Program-made: the position numbers and the translations under genes
The notes under the pieces: generated by a model
Seen by the model: only the letters and a program-made list of their open reading frames with translations
Told to the model about the DNA's origin: nothing
Databases searched by the model: none
In this document: positions 1-9,502 of the stretch, one piece after another
How positions within the stretch are numbered: the first letter of the stretch is position 1
Layout: the number at the start of each line of letters is the position of its first letter
IMG/VR virus record: IMGVR_UViG_3300046697_000178
Span: 1 to 50,262 of that record
Length of the DNA: 50,262 nucleotides
Reading direction: 5' to 3' (one strand)
From: a virus

Positions 1-28
1 TGCTTCTGCTTGGCCTCGAACTGAGACT
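1..28. repeat. Terminal direct repeat, copy 1 (identical to 50235..50262). The contig closes into a 50,234-bp circle or terminally redundant unit.
   Basis: tgcttctgcttggcctcgaactgagact occurs at both window ends. A minus-strand ORF stays in frame across the join (1217 + 469 nt = 562 codons). Confidence 0.9.
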
Positions 29-1217
29 GCTTCTGCTCTCCTGTTTTATTGGCGATGTACAACTTAATGCTGTCAGGCGTTGCTCCGACGTTGCCGTTTT
101 TGTCGCGGCCAACTTGTAGTTCGGTAGGAAGGCCGGGGTTTGCATTTCGGAATTCAAGCTCCTCCTCCTTAGTGACCGGCCCACCGTTACCCGGCTTGTA
201 GCCTTCCATGAATCGTGGCTGACCGGCCTTGTTGAATACGATGTACGGCGCGTCCTTTGCAGGAATGTGATGTTCCTGGACGAATGCAGCCAACTGCTGT
301 TTTTGCAAAGCGGCTTTTTCTTCCGGCGTTCGTTCACGATACGCATCTCGTCTTGCATCGGCAATTTGGTCGTTTAGATAGTCCCTACCCCGAATGTAAT
401 CGTCTTGACTGATTTGCTTTGTGCGAAACACATTGCCAAGATCGCTAAGTTGCAGCCGCAATTTCGGTATGAGTCCCGTGGGATCGTCGATAAAACCGCT
501 CCCATCTTGGATACCATTGTCAATCATGCCATCCTTGATCGCTTTGGCTTTGGCCTTATTCTCATCGTTAAAAAGGTCATGCGAGAGCCCGTAGTCAACC
601 TGTGCGTTGAGCTTGTGTAGATTTGCCGCCTCCTGAGTTAGGAACGGTTCAAGTTGGGCGTGAACCATCGCCGCGTGCTCGCCAGCCTCTAGCGCGTTCT
701 GGTGGTCGATCCACTTGCTTTCCAGGCTGTTCTCGTGATTGATCGAACCCAGTTCTTTGGCCTCGCCAAACCGCTTCTCCTCTTGCCCGGCAGTGAACTC
801 TTCGCCATGTACGACATCCTTTTCGTGAAACTGTTGCAAGAGATAATCGCGCCGCGTCTGGTTCTCGTGATTGATCGCTGCCGTCCGCTCGGCGTGAATC
901 TGGTCGAGGCGTGATAGTGCATCGGTTGCCGCGGCGTGCCGCTCGAACAGTTCATCCTCGTGCATGAAGCGGGCGTCTTGCTGTTGGCCTTGAATCTGCC
1001 CTTGCTGCCCTTGCATCGCAGTGTCGTAGCCAAACTGGTCGGCCTTCAGTTGCCGCTGACCCTGGATGGCGGTCTGCTGCTGCCGGTCGGCGAAGCTGCG
1101 CTCAGCCGCCGCGCCATACACTTGATCCCGGCGGGCTTGAGCGGCGGCGTATTCCTGCTGCTGCTGCCGTCGCTGCTCTTGCCACACGTCGGAGGGCATT
1201 TCAATCGCCATAGTCAT
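1..1217 (-). CDS. N-terminal ~405 codons of a ~561-aa Gln/Glu/Lys-rich, coiled-coil-like virion-module protein. The ORF runs off position 1 and continues at 50234.
   Basis: ATG at 1217..1215 (ATGACTATGGCGATTGAA = MTMAIE), open to position 1 by my own translation (..INHENQTRRDYLLQQF.. ..KTGEQKQSQFEAKQKQ). It is absent from the ORF track because it has no stop on this side. Confidence 0.75.
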   Translation of the reverse strand, partial: MTMAIEMPSDVWQEQRRQQQQEYAAAQARRDQVYGAAAERSFADRQQQTAIQGQRQLKADQFGYDTAMQGQQGQIQGQQQDARFMHEDELFERHAAATDALSRLDQIHAERTAAINHENQTRRDYLLQQFHEKDVVHGEEFTAGQEEKRFGEAKELGSINHENSLESKWIDHQNALEAGEHAAMVHAQLEPFLTQEAANLHKLNAQVDYGLSHDLFNDENKAKAKAIKDGMIDNGIQDGSGFIDDPTGLIPKLRLQLSDLGNVFRTKQISQDDYIRGRDYLNDQIADARRDAYRERTPEEKAALQKQQLAAFVQEHHIPAKDAPYIVFNKAGQPRFMEGYKPGNGGPVTKEEELEFRNANPGLPTELQVGRDKNGNVGATPDSIKLYIANKTGEQKQSQFEAKQK

Positions 1218-1229
1218 TCATCCTTGGTT

Positions 1230-1841
1230 CTAGTAGCCACCGAAGCCCGCGAAACCCGCCGCCGCGCCGTAGCTGCCGCCCATGCTGCCCGCCGACCCGG
1301 CATAGCCGCCGCCACCGCCGCCGCCGCCCTGGTTCAGCGTGGCATACTGATACTGCAACTGCTGATTCTGCATGTTTTGTTGGGCGGACTGCTGCTGCTG
1401 CGCCAAACTCAGGTAGCCCTGATTCTGGTTCATCGCGCCCAACCCCAGCGTCATCTGGTTCTTCTGCCCCTGCTGCTGGAGGTTCAGACTTCTCTGCCCC
1501 AGGGCCAACTGGTTGGTAATCGACTGCTGTTGTAGGTTGAGGCCCTCCTGCCCCTGCTGCAAACCAATGCCGCCCAGGCCAAAGGTCTGCTGCGCGCCCA
1601 GCGTCGTCTGTTGTAACTGCTGACTAAGCGTGTTCAGCGCGTTCTGATACTGTTTCATGTAGCCCATCTTCATTGAGGGCGCGATGGACGTGCCCGCCAG
1701 CCCGGAGGAGGCTAGGGATTGCATCCCGCCGCCCAGCGCGTTCTGGTAGTTCTGATACAGGTCGTTCTTCTCCGCGTTGCCGTAGCCCTGAATGCCCTGC
1801 AGCGCTTGAGAGTACAGTTGATCGACAGTCGGTAGTGCCAT
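1230..1841 (-). CDS. Q/N/G-rich low-complexity protein (203 aa) with a poly-Gly, Gly/Ala/Tyr C-terminus; probable virion or ejection-associated protein.
   Basis: Track ORF; composition LQQQ/NQ/GGGGGGGGYAGSAGSMGGSYG; lies in the late operon between the fiber genes and the large virion proteins. Confidence 0.7.
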   Translation of the reverse strand: MALPTVDQLYSQALQGIQGYGNAEKNDLYQNYQNALGGGMQSLASSGLAGTSIAPSMKMGYMKQYQNALNTLSQQLQQTTLGAQQTFGLGGIGLQQGQEGLNLQQQSITNQLALGQRSLNLQQQGQKNQMTLGLGAMNQNQGYLSLAQQQQSAQQNMQNQQLQYQYATLNQGGGGGGGGYAGSAGSMGGSYGAAAGFAGFGGY

Positions 1842-1885
1842 GATTTTCTTCTATCAAAATAGGTCGTTTGGTTCCAAACATCGAA

Positions 1886-2299
1886 TTACCCAACCGAATC
1901 CGGTATGACTCCCCACCAAGTTCCTCCACCCGACGTACACATCAGCAATCCGGCGTAAAGGATTCCGCTGCCGGTTCCAAGTTTTACTCTGAGGTCATAT
2001 TCAACACTGACTACCCCGCCGTCCCACGACGAAATCGAATTGATGTTTGGTCCGTAGACGTAGTGGTCATTTCCTGTTATTCCAAGCTGGTACGCCCAAT
2101 CGGTTCCCGTTCTTCCAACCCAATCCGATTCTATCGAGTGCGCTTCTCCGATCACCGTTCCCGTCAAACGTGCCGATCCTGGGGTGTGGTTTACGTGAAC
2201 AGCATCGGTGAAGATGCAATTGCACTCCTGGTGTCCGTCGTGAAAATGCAGCACCGGATAGGTTCCGTTCCATGACCAAGTGATTTCTCCCGTGACCAT
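1886..2299 (-). CDS. Small (137 aa) beta-rich protein downstream of the tail fiber; possible fiber-associated or receptor-binding accessory.
   Basis: ATG at 2299 preceded by GGGGAG/AGGA, 2 nt after the fiber stop (2302..2304). The longer track start at 2341 overlaps the fiber gene. Confidence 0.65.
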   Translation of the reverse strand: MVTGEITWSWNGTYPVLHFHDGHQECNCIFTDAVHVNHTPGSARLTGTVIGEAHSIESDWVGRTGTDWAYQLGITGNDHYVYGPNINSISSWDGGVVSVEYDLRVKLGTGSGILYAGLLMCTSGGGTWWGVIPDSVG

Positions 2300-2301
2300 T
2301 C

Positions 2302-4146
2302 CTAGCTCCCCGTTGGAATCACCAACCGGTTCGGGTAGCAAATCTGATTCGTCGAGTCGAAACGCATGATCGTACCTCCACTGCGATTTACTACCACCAG
2401 CCCCGAAGTACCGTCAGTTTCCGGCCGCAGATGCGTGCAATCGCAGTTGTAAAAGTACCCGGTGCCGCAAGAGATGACCGAATTTGTCGTGTCGATCGTG
2501 ACCACGGAACTGCCGTCGCTCTTCTTCCTAAAGACGAACGCCGTTGTTCCATCGGCGTTCGGATAGACGCTGCTAATGTTCAACGCGGCTGCAAAAAGAC
2601 TACCAGTCGAAACGCTCGTCTTGATGTCGCCAGTCGCCGTGATCGCGCCAGCGGTACTCCCCAGTCCGAGCAGTGTCAGCGCTTGGCCAGCCGACAGCGA
2701 CATCCCCGACGACGATGAGCCGGTGTTGTTGCCGTAGAACGAATCGGCCGCCACAGTGACCGAGCCGGCGCTGACCGTCACCCAGCCGCCGTTATTGCGG
2801 CCGTAAGTGTTGCCGTCATTGCCGATGCTGCCCGTCGCATCGGTCAGGTAGACGGCCGTGTCAATGGACCAATTCGCCGAGCCGTCCCACTTTAAGTGCC
2901 CGACATTCGAGGCCGCCGCGAACGCCGTACCGTAAAAGCCGCCCGCGTCGTGCCCGCTGACCAACACTTGACCCAGGGCCGTGAATGTGTCGTTGGGGAT
3001 CGCATCCACCAAGTCTTGCAGCGTCGTGGCGTCGAGGGCGGCAACCTGCCCGGTGTACAACGAACTATTTCCCAGCACGGTTTGCGCGGGGATGGTGGCA
3101 ATCTTTGACAGAATGATAGGGGTGGCGGACCAAGTGCCCGTCGTCACGTTGCCCAGCGTGTTCAGCGTGGTCGAGCCCGTCCAGGCCGCCAAGGCGGTCG
3201 CATCGACATAACCCAGCGCCGCCACGTCCGTGTCTAAATCCTGCCACGTCGGCCCCGTAGCAAGGTACTGCCCCGTCGTGCCGGTCCCGAGCGAATCCTG
3301 CTTGCCCGTCCATGTTGTTGCCGAGGCAATGTAGGCGTCCGCAATCGCCGTCCCCTGCCACGTTCCGTGGGCAATGGTTCCCAAGGTTGTAAGGTCTGCT
3401 GCGCCCGGCCATTTTGTTGACGCCGCCAAGCCCGCGAAAAACGTCGTGAGGTTGATCCACTGGCCATTTGTCGCCAGAGGACCAGTGTCGTTAAAGCGAC
3501 AATAAAAGTACGAATCATCGGGAACCTCATCTACCGTGCCTGGTGCCCCGCTGCCCTCAATCGTTCCGCCCGTATACAGACCGTCTACAAATGTTGCACC
3601 GCCCGTGGTGGCCGACAAGCCACGAGAACCATCCGACCCATAGTAGGCCGCCGCTTGGAAGCCCGTGCTGGTGAAAATTACCTTGTCGGCCGGCGCAAGA
3701 ATTTCAAAGTCGCCGGACCCATCGACACCCAAACCGTAATGCCCATTGATGTCGAAATACATCCCGCCCCACAATACCGACAACGGCCCGGCCGCAGGTT
3801 CCAGGACGACGTAAGTGCCGCCGTCGCCATCTGTCTTAGTCTTCACGTCAATTAGCGGGCCAAGCGCGGTCGTGCCAATTTCCCAATGCGTGTTGGGCCA
3901 TGCCTTTTGTACGGCGTTGCTGACGTAACCCTGGTCGTGCAAGCCGTCGTAGGGGAAGAGGCCCTTCAGTGCCTTGATGATGGACTGCATCTGCGCGATC
4001 GTGTCGCCCTCGATCTGCGCCAACTGGTTGAACTGCTCGACAAGCTGATTGACCGCAGCAAAGTTCTGCTGCATCTCGCTATCGCTCTGGGCATTGACGT
4101 TGACCAGCGGCAGCGTCGCGTTTTCCGGCCAAGCGCGGGAGTTCAT
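2302..4146 (-). CDS. Tail fiber / receptor-binding protein (614 aa).
   Basis: N-terminal coiled-coil-like segment followed by long G/T/S/A-rich beta-type sequence. ATGA start/stop overlap with the upstream gene (4143..4146). Confidence 0.7.
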   Translation of the reverse strand: MNSRAWPENATLPLVNVNAQSDSEMQQNFAAVNQLVEQFNQLAQIEGDTIAQMQSIIKALKGLFPYDGLHDQGYVSNAVQKAWPNTHWEIGTTALGPLIDVKTKTDGDGGTYVVLEPAAGPLSVLWGGMYFDINGHYGLGVDGSGDFEILAPADKVIFTSTGFQAAAYYGSDGSRGLSATTGGATFVDGLYTGGTIEGSGAPGTVDEVPDDSYFYCRFNDTGPLATNGQWINLTTFFAGLAASTKWPGAADLTTLGTIAHGTWQGTAIADAYIASATTWTGKQDSLGTGTTGQYLATGPTWQDLDTDVAALGYVDATALAAWTGSTTLNTLGNVTTGTWSATPIILSKIATIPAQTVLGNSSLYTGQVAALDATTLQDLVDAIPNDTFTALGQVLVSGHDAGGFYGTAFAAASNVGHLKWDGSANWSIDTAVYLTDATGSIGNDGNTYGRNNGGWVTVSAGSVTVAADSFYGNNTGSSSSGMSLSAGQALTLLGLGSTAGAITATGDIKTSVSTGSLFAAALNISSVYPNADGTTAFVFRKKSDGSSVVTIDTTNSVISCGTGYFYNCDCTHLRPETDGTSGLVVVNRSGGTIMRFDSTNQICYPNRLVIPTGS

Positions 4147-6491
4147 CGGATGGGGCCTTTCTTGCGGCTTTCAATGCGCAGCCCCTCGATCGCCCAGCCC
4201 CAAGTGCCACTGACCATGATGACAAACGCCGCCCCCGAGGCCCGCGGAAACTGGCGATGATTCATGCCTGGCAGGAGCGTGCCGTTCCAAGGAGCCGTAG
4301 CCGCCGCGTTGGCCGTGACTGCCGCTTGCACCGCCCCCTCGGCCGTGTCGCCAGGGAAAATGCCCCACGCCGCGCCTTGGCCGTTGCTGTCAAGGTCGGC
4401 CATGATCTGTAGGATTTCTCCGTAGTAACCCGGCCCGCCGACGCGAAACGGCCCGTAGCACACCACCGAGTTCAAGGGCGTGCCGTCGTCCGTCGTCGTC
4501 CGCACCCAGGATGCCAAGCCCGCTCCGCTGCCGGTCGGCCCGGCCGTGGTCATGGTAACCGTGGTGGCCGTGTTCGCCGCGCAGGTCAGGTTGTAAACGC
4601 CAATGGGCGTCGTGACGGCAAAGACTTGCCCCTGCACAAGGTTCGTCGTCCAGCCCACTCCGCCGCCGGCCAGAGTCAGCACGCCGCCGCCGCTAGTGCC
4701 TTGCACCCAGGTCGCCCCCGTACCGCCCGATTGCTGGCTGTACCGCCGCACGTAGCCGTCGATGCCGCCGAACAGCACGCGGGAGGACGCCCCCGAGCCA
4801 GTGACGTAGCGCACCATCGCGGTCGGCTGAGTCGGACCCGGCAAGGTGACCGGCCAAAAGCTGTGCGTCGTCCAGTCAATGAAGTAGTGGATCCCGGCGC
4901 TGCCCGCACTGGTCGTGATCGAAAGGTGAATGCCGCGCAGCCAAGTGTCGTAGCACATCGACACCGCAGAGTTGACCCAATCGGTGTCCAGTAATTCGTT
5001 GGGCAACACCTGTCTGGAAATGGGTTGCGGATACGACGACGCCCCCGGCGGAATCTGGTACAGGCCATCGCGGGAGAGGACGATCAGCGAGCCGTCCGGC
5101 AGGTTGCACCATGCGCCCGGACCCAGTACGCCGATCTCCCGGCTCAAGGCCGTGATCGTACCGCCATAGGCCGGATCGCCCGTCAACAGCCACAAGGAGC
5201 GTTCGCAGCCGAAGATCAGGTATTGGTCGCTGTGCGGCATAAGGGCCGTGATCGGCTCGGGAATGCCGCCGGTCGTCGTATCGGTGCCGCCCACCGCTCG
5301 GGATGGATCGTTGGGGTCGTAGCCGTAATCCCAGTCGTTGGGATTCAGCACGCGGCTCATGTACCACACGGCGCCCGGGCCGGCAAAAACCAGTCGCCCG
5401 CGATACGTGCAACACAGCGGGCAACCCAGGGGCGGCACACCATAGTAGGAGCTTGACCAGGACAAGGTGTACTGCACCGGAACGGTCGTATTGGCGTCCA
5501 CGGTCGTATCCACCAGCGTCAAGCCGCCTTGCGTATAGGGCGAAGCGCCGCCATGCACCACCGAACCGAAGGCCACGGCGTAATCCTGCGTGCCGATGCC
5601 GTTGGCGTTGGGGATCGTCAGGATCATGTTGTTGGCGACCGACGCTTGCGGTACGTTCGCAGGCACGGCCCACGACGCCCCGGTGCCCGATAGGGCGACC
5701 TGGCCGTTTGCGCAAGTCACCTGGCCGACAACGTAATTCGTATTGGGAATGGGCAGGGTGTTGCCCATAATCTCCTGGATGGCGGCCGCAGGCTGCGCAG
5801 GATTGAATACCTTCGGCATCCGGCCGATCTGCCACGCCGCGCCGCCCGTCTGCCCCGTCATCGTGCCGCTGAAGACAATGTAAGTCTGATACACAGCGGA
5901 AATCGGAAACACATTCGCTTCCGTGGGCACGTTGCCGCTAATCCACACCACGTCGTTGTTGGTGTCGATATTCAGCGTGCGCCAGTCGGTAATGGTGCCG
6001 GAGTGGTCGAGGAGTTCGTTGCCGCTGATCGTGCCATCCTGGCCGGACACGTTGCACGTCCCCAGGTCGGCGATGTAGTACGACGCACCGACTTGCGTGC
6101 CCTGCAACTTCAAGGCGGCCGTGCCGAACTGCGGGCCGCCCGTTACTGCGGTCATGGCCCCGGAGGCATTCTGATACAAGGTGCCGCCAGCAATCGACAG
6201 GAGGATATTGCTGGCGACACCGTTGTTCAGGATCGAGGCGAAGTCCAACAGTTGCGTGGGACCGCTGCCGCAGGGCTGCGCGTAGGCCCGGACCAAACCG
6301 GGCCGGGCGCCGCCGCGCTGCCGCATCCCGTGCATTTGCGCGTTGGAAAGGTTCACCACATCGAACGGGAAGACGTTCTGGCAATAGGGCGTCGTGTACG
6401 GAGGCTGTTGATCGAACCCCGCTTGGCGGTTTAACCCGCCCACGGGGAAACGAAGTTCAGACAACGGTGCTTTGCTCTTTGCCATCGTCAA
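4143..6491 (-). CDS. Large tail structural protein (782 aa); possible tail tubular, nozzle or baseplate-like protein.
   Basis: Track ORF with protein-like beta-rich composition and a position in the tail module. The product name is inferred from position only. Confidence 0.6.
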   Translation of the reverse strand: MTMAKSKAPLSELRFPVGGLNRQAGFDQQPPYTTPYCQNVFPFDVVNLSNAQMHGMRQRGGARPGLVRAYAQPCGSGPTQLLDFASILNNGVASNILLSIAGGTLYQNASGAMTAVTGGPQFGTAALKLQGTQVGASYYIADLGTCNVSGQDGTISGNELLDHSGTITDWRTLNIDTNNDVVWISGNVPTEANVFPISAVYQTYIVFSGTMTGQTGGAAWQIGRMPKVFNPAQPAAAIQEIMGNTLPIPNTNYVVGQVTCANGQVALSGTGASWAVPANVPQASVANNMILTIPNANGIGTQDYAVAFGSVVHGGASPYTQGGLTLVDTTVDANTTVPVQYTLSWSSSYYGVPPLGCPLCCTYRGRLVFAGPGAVWYMSRVLNPNDWDYGYDPNDPSRAVGGTDTTTGGIPEPITALMPHSDQYLIFGCERSLWLLTGDPAYGGTITALSREIGVLGPGAWCNLPDGSLIVLSRDGLYQIPPGASSYPQPISRQVLPNELLDTDWVNSAVSMCYDTWLRGIHLSITTSAGSAGIHYFIDWTTHSFWPVTLPGPTQPTAMVRYVTGSGASSRVLFGGIDGYVRRYSQQSGGTGATWVQGTSGGGVLTLAGGGVGWTTNLVQGQVFAVTTPIGVYNLTCAANTATTVTMTTAGPTGSGAGLASWVRTTTDDGTPLNSVVCYGPFRVGGPGYYGEILQIMADLDSNGQGAAWGIFPGDTAEGAVQAAVTANAAATAPWNGTLLPGMNHRQFPRASGAAFVIMVSGTWGWAIEGLRIESRKKGPIR

Positions 6492-6499
6492 CTATCGGT

Positions 6500-8335
6500 C
6501 TAGCAGGGAACGAACAACAGGGACACGCTGACGCCAGCCGCCGCGCCGACCGTACCGCCCACCGTGAACGAAATGCGGTCGCCCGCTTGCAGGGTGACCG
6601 TTGCAATCGTTGACGAAACAGTACCGAGAACCGGGGTATTGCTCGCCGCGATCGTGATGTTCGCCGCCGCCAGGACGTTCGTGCCGCCACCCGCCGCGCC
6701 CGCCGAAGCGTCCTTGGTGAAGGAGAAGACTTCGGACGTGCCGTGCGTGGTGCAGCAAACGCGCACCGCCTTCAGGCGAACGGCTCGATTGGCGCAGTAC
6801 ATCGTCACGACCGACGCCGCCGCCGGGCAGGCAGTGGTGGTCAGCGGTTGCGACCACATAATCTCGAAAATACCGGCAGTGCCGTTGACTTGCACCTCGC
6901 CGGGGATGCCCGTCGAGACGGCGGTGCCCGGAACAAGGTTGACGTTGCCGCCCGCGTTCGTACCACCAGCGCCGTTGCCGCCGGTGATCGTGACGGCCGA
7001 ACCGTTGCCCGCCGTGGCCCCGCCGACTGCGATGGCAACTGCGCCCGCTACGCCCGTGGAACCGGCCGCACCCGACGTGATGGTGATAGCACCACCTGCG
7101 CCGCTGGTCGCACCCGCTCCACCGATCAGAGAGGCCGCACCGCCCGCGCCCGTACCCGTACCCGCACCGCCAGTGACGCCCGCAGCGCCGCCCGTGCCGG
7201 TCGTTGCACCCGCGGAGCCGCCTGTGATATTGGCAGCGCCGCCCGTGCCACTGGTCGAGCCGCCCGTGCCGCCCGTGTGCGACACCGCGCCACCATTGCC
7301 GGTTGTGCCGCCCGCACCGCACATTACCGTAATGGCCCCGCCGTTGCCGGACGTGTTGCCGTTGCCGGCCGTGACGGCGATAGCGCCGCCAGCCGTGGCG
7401 GCAGTCTGTGCTGCACCCGCGGTGATGGTCGTGGTGCCCGGCACGCCGCCGGTCGCATTGCCCGAGCCGACAGTGACGGTACCCGACGCGCCCGAGGTGG
7501 TCGTGCCGGTAACAATCGTCAGGTTGCCGGACACGCCGGAACTGCTGCCGCCTACGCCCGTGCCCACGGTGACCGCACCGCTGGCCCCGGTTGCGCCACC
7601 CGCACCGCTCGTGACGCTGACTGCCCCGCCGGCCGCCGAGCCTTGGCCCGCACCGCCGATGACCGAGGAAGCCCCGCCCACTGCATTGCCGTTGGTGCCC
7701 GCACCGCCGGTGACAGTGACCGCTCCGCCGTTGCCGGAGGTTGCGCCACCCGCGCCACCCGTAACGGCGATCGTACCGCCCGCACTGGTCGCGCCCGGCG
7801 AAGCACCGCTCTCGGCCACCGAGCAGGTCGTGCTGTTGACGTTGTAATACACATTGTTGGCCACGTCCTTGATGTCGAACGCATCGGCCAGCGTGTTGGG
7901 GATGCGAAGGATGTTCGTGCCGGTGGCCCCCGTATAGGCCAGGGTTCCCAGCGTGGAGATGCTGGCAATCGTGGTCGTGCAGCCGTACATATCCGTGACC
8001 TGCCAGGCATAGACGCCGGCCGAAGTCTCGAAGGACCACAGTTGCGCCCACTGCCCCGCGGCATTGAACACGATGTTTCCGGTGGAGGCGGTCGAGCTAT
8101 CGGTCACGGCGACGGTGATCGTGCCGTTGCCGTAGGTCTTGCAACCAAGGCTGCACGTCAGGCCCGGCCCCAGCGGAGCCGACAGCGAGCGCGTTTCCGC
8201 ACCCGAGGTGGCATTGGCGGGCGCAAGGGAACAATACTGGAAGTTGCGCGACACCTGAACCAGATTCCCGTTGCCGGGATCGAGGATCGCATACGGGGCC
8301 TTCATCATCTGCTGTAACACGTTCGAGGGTTGCAT
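6500..8335 (-). CDS. Tail spike/fiber protein (611 aa) with a long Gly-rich periodic repeat core.
   Basis: ATG at 8335 preceded by AAGGA. The core consists of iterated GGAGGATSGNGGAVTVTGG-type units. The N-terminal 110 codons of the track ORF are Arg-rich shadow. Confidence 0.7.
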   Translation of the reverse strand: MQPSNVLQQMMKAPYAILDPGNGNLVQVSRNFQYCSLAPANATSGAETRSLSAPLGPGLTCSLGCKTYGNGTITVAVTDSSTASTGNIVFNAAGQWAQLWSFETSAGVYAWQVTDMYGCTTTIASISTLGTLAYTGATGTNILRIPNTLADAFDIKDVANNVYYNVNSTTCSVAESGASPGATSAGGTIAVTGGAGGATSGNGGAVTVTGGAGTNGNAVGGASSVIGGAGQGSAAGGAVSVTSGAGGATGASGAVTVGTGVGGSSSGVSGNLTIVTGTTTSGASGTVTVGSGNATGGVPGTTTITAGAAQTAATAGGAIAVTAGNGNTSGNGGAITVMCGAGGTTGNGGAVSHTGGTGGSTSGTGGAANITGGSAGATTGTGGAAGVTGGAGTGTGAGGAASLIGGAGATSGAGGAITITSGAAGSTGVAGAVAIAVGGATAGNGSAVTITGGNGAGGTNAGGNVNLVPGTAVSTGIPGEVQVNGTAGIFEIMWSQPLTTTACPAAASVVTMYCANRAVRLKAVRVCCTTHGTSEVFSFTKDASAGAAGGGTNVLAAANITIAASNTPVLGTVSSTIATVTLQAGDRISFTVGGTVGAAAGVSVSLLFVPC

Positions 8336-8415
8336 GGTCTGTCCTTTCAGAACAGGAGTTCCGGCAGTATGCAGAAAAGCGGGCGTTGCCGGTGCCGCCC
8401 ACCCTGTGTGATTTG

Positions 8416-9495
8416 TTAGAGCCAACCGGTATAGCCGCCCGGGCTGTTGGCGGAGCCATTCCAGTAGATGCTCGTGTTGCGCGGATGTCCCCCGTACCCT
8501 TCGCCGTCGCCTTGCCCGTGATCCACGCCCAGCGAATCCGGGGCGGCATATTCCTTGTCGCGCTGGATGGCCAAAGCCAGCGCAGCGGGCAGGGCGGCGT
8601 TGTGTACCGCGTCCGGGCTGCGCGCGTCCTTCTGCTCGATCTCCCTCTCGGCCGCCGCCAAGCACGACTCTTGGATGCAGGGGGCCAGTGCGGCGCCGCC
8701 CAGCGGATACTGATTCGTGGCGTCGATGCCGACCGGAACCAGCACGCCCACGGCCGTCAACGTCACAGCAACATCCGGCGGGGGGAAGAAGGTGACAAAG
8801 CGCGTCGAGCCCGTCGTCGCGTCGAATGGCCCCGTCGTCTCGGCATACACGCGCGGCCGATGGGGTAGGGTGCTGTGCGCCAATAAGCGGCGCACCTCAA
8901 ACTCCGACACGCGGGTCAATGTCTCTCGGCAGTGGGAGTCGTTGCCCGGATAGGTCAGGGCACCCTCCAAGGTGTCGATGTAATTGCCCTTACCGTCCAC
9001 GGGCAGCGCGTAGTTGCTGGCGAAGACCAAGGAGTAGGAAGCGGAAGCCGGGGCCGTGACTGCATTGCCCGTGAAGTTGGCCAGCACGAGGGCCGTCGCA
9101 CTACTGCGACTCTGCACGGCGAAGGTTCCCACGCCGGTAATGTTCATCGAGCCGCCGGACGAAGCCGCATAGGACGGGAAGCCGCCATCCGTGGGCGGCA
9201 CACCGCCGTTAAGCAACACGTTGCCCGCCGAATCTACCGTAATCGCGCCCGTGCTGTAGGCCGGCAATGTTGTGATCGACACCACGGGCCGCAGGAACGA
9301 CCAACGGTAGGCCCCATAGACAAACTGCAACCCCTTGGCAATGCACCGCAGAATGTCCTGCCCTTGCGGCGAAGTCGTGAGGATGACGTTATCCGCGAAC
9401 AGGTCCACGCTCGTCGGCCGCAAGCCGAAGAGGTGGTAGCCCAGATCGTTGACCAGGCTGCTGTAGTTGCAGGTGAGTTGCATGGGGGCCGTCAT
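8416..9495 (-). CDS. Virion structural protein (359 aa), function unknown.
   Basis: ATG at 9495 with GAGG 9 nt upstream. The longer track N-terminus (W/R/P-rich) overlaps the upstream gene and looks non-coding. Confidence 0.65.
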   Translation of the reverse strand: MTAPMQLTCNYSSLVNDLGYHLFGLRPTSVDLFADNVILTTSPQGQDILRCIAKGLQFVYGAYRWSFLRPVVSITTLPAYSTGAITVDSAGNVLLNGGVPPTDGGFPSYAASSGGSMNITGVGTFAVQSRSSATALVLANFTGNAVTAPASASYSLVFASNYALPVDGKGNYIDTLEGALTYPGNDSHCRETLTRVSEFEVRRLLAHSTLPHRPRVYAETTGPFDATTGSTRFVTFFPPPDVAVTLTAVGVLVPVGIDATNQYPLGGAALAPCIQESCLAAAEREIEQKDARSPDAVHNAALPAALALAIQRDKEYAAPDSLGVDHGQGDGEGYGGHPRNTSIYWNGSANSPGGYTGWL

Positions 9496-9502
9496 GGGAA
9501 CC

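Noticed and set aside
936-1535. Plus-strand 199-aa ORF, and similar antisense or alternate-frame ORFs elsewhere (17446..18516, 20389..21609, 18688..19581, 44265..44909, 4876..5835, 16391..17065, 15862..17349).
   Set aside because: These are Leu/Arg/Ala/Gly/Val-rich shadow ORFs opposite or overlapping well-supported genes. They lack SDs and break the operon logic, as expected in roughly 60% GC DNA.
6492-8317. Long ORFs overlapping the Gly-rich tail gene in other frames or on the other strand (6492..8051, 519 aa; 6564..7847, 427 aa; 6743..8317, 524 aa; 7552..8064).
   Set aside because: Their translations are monotonous R/G/H/C-, P/A/V- or R/A/G-rich strings produced by the GC-rich GGN/GCN repeat. 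Only the 6500..8335 minus frame has a protein-like N- and C-terminus, an SD and operon context.
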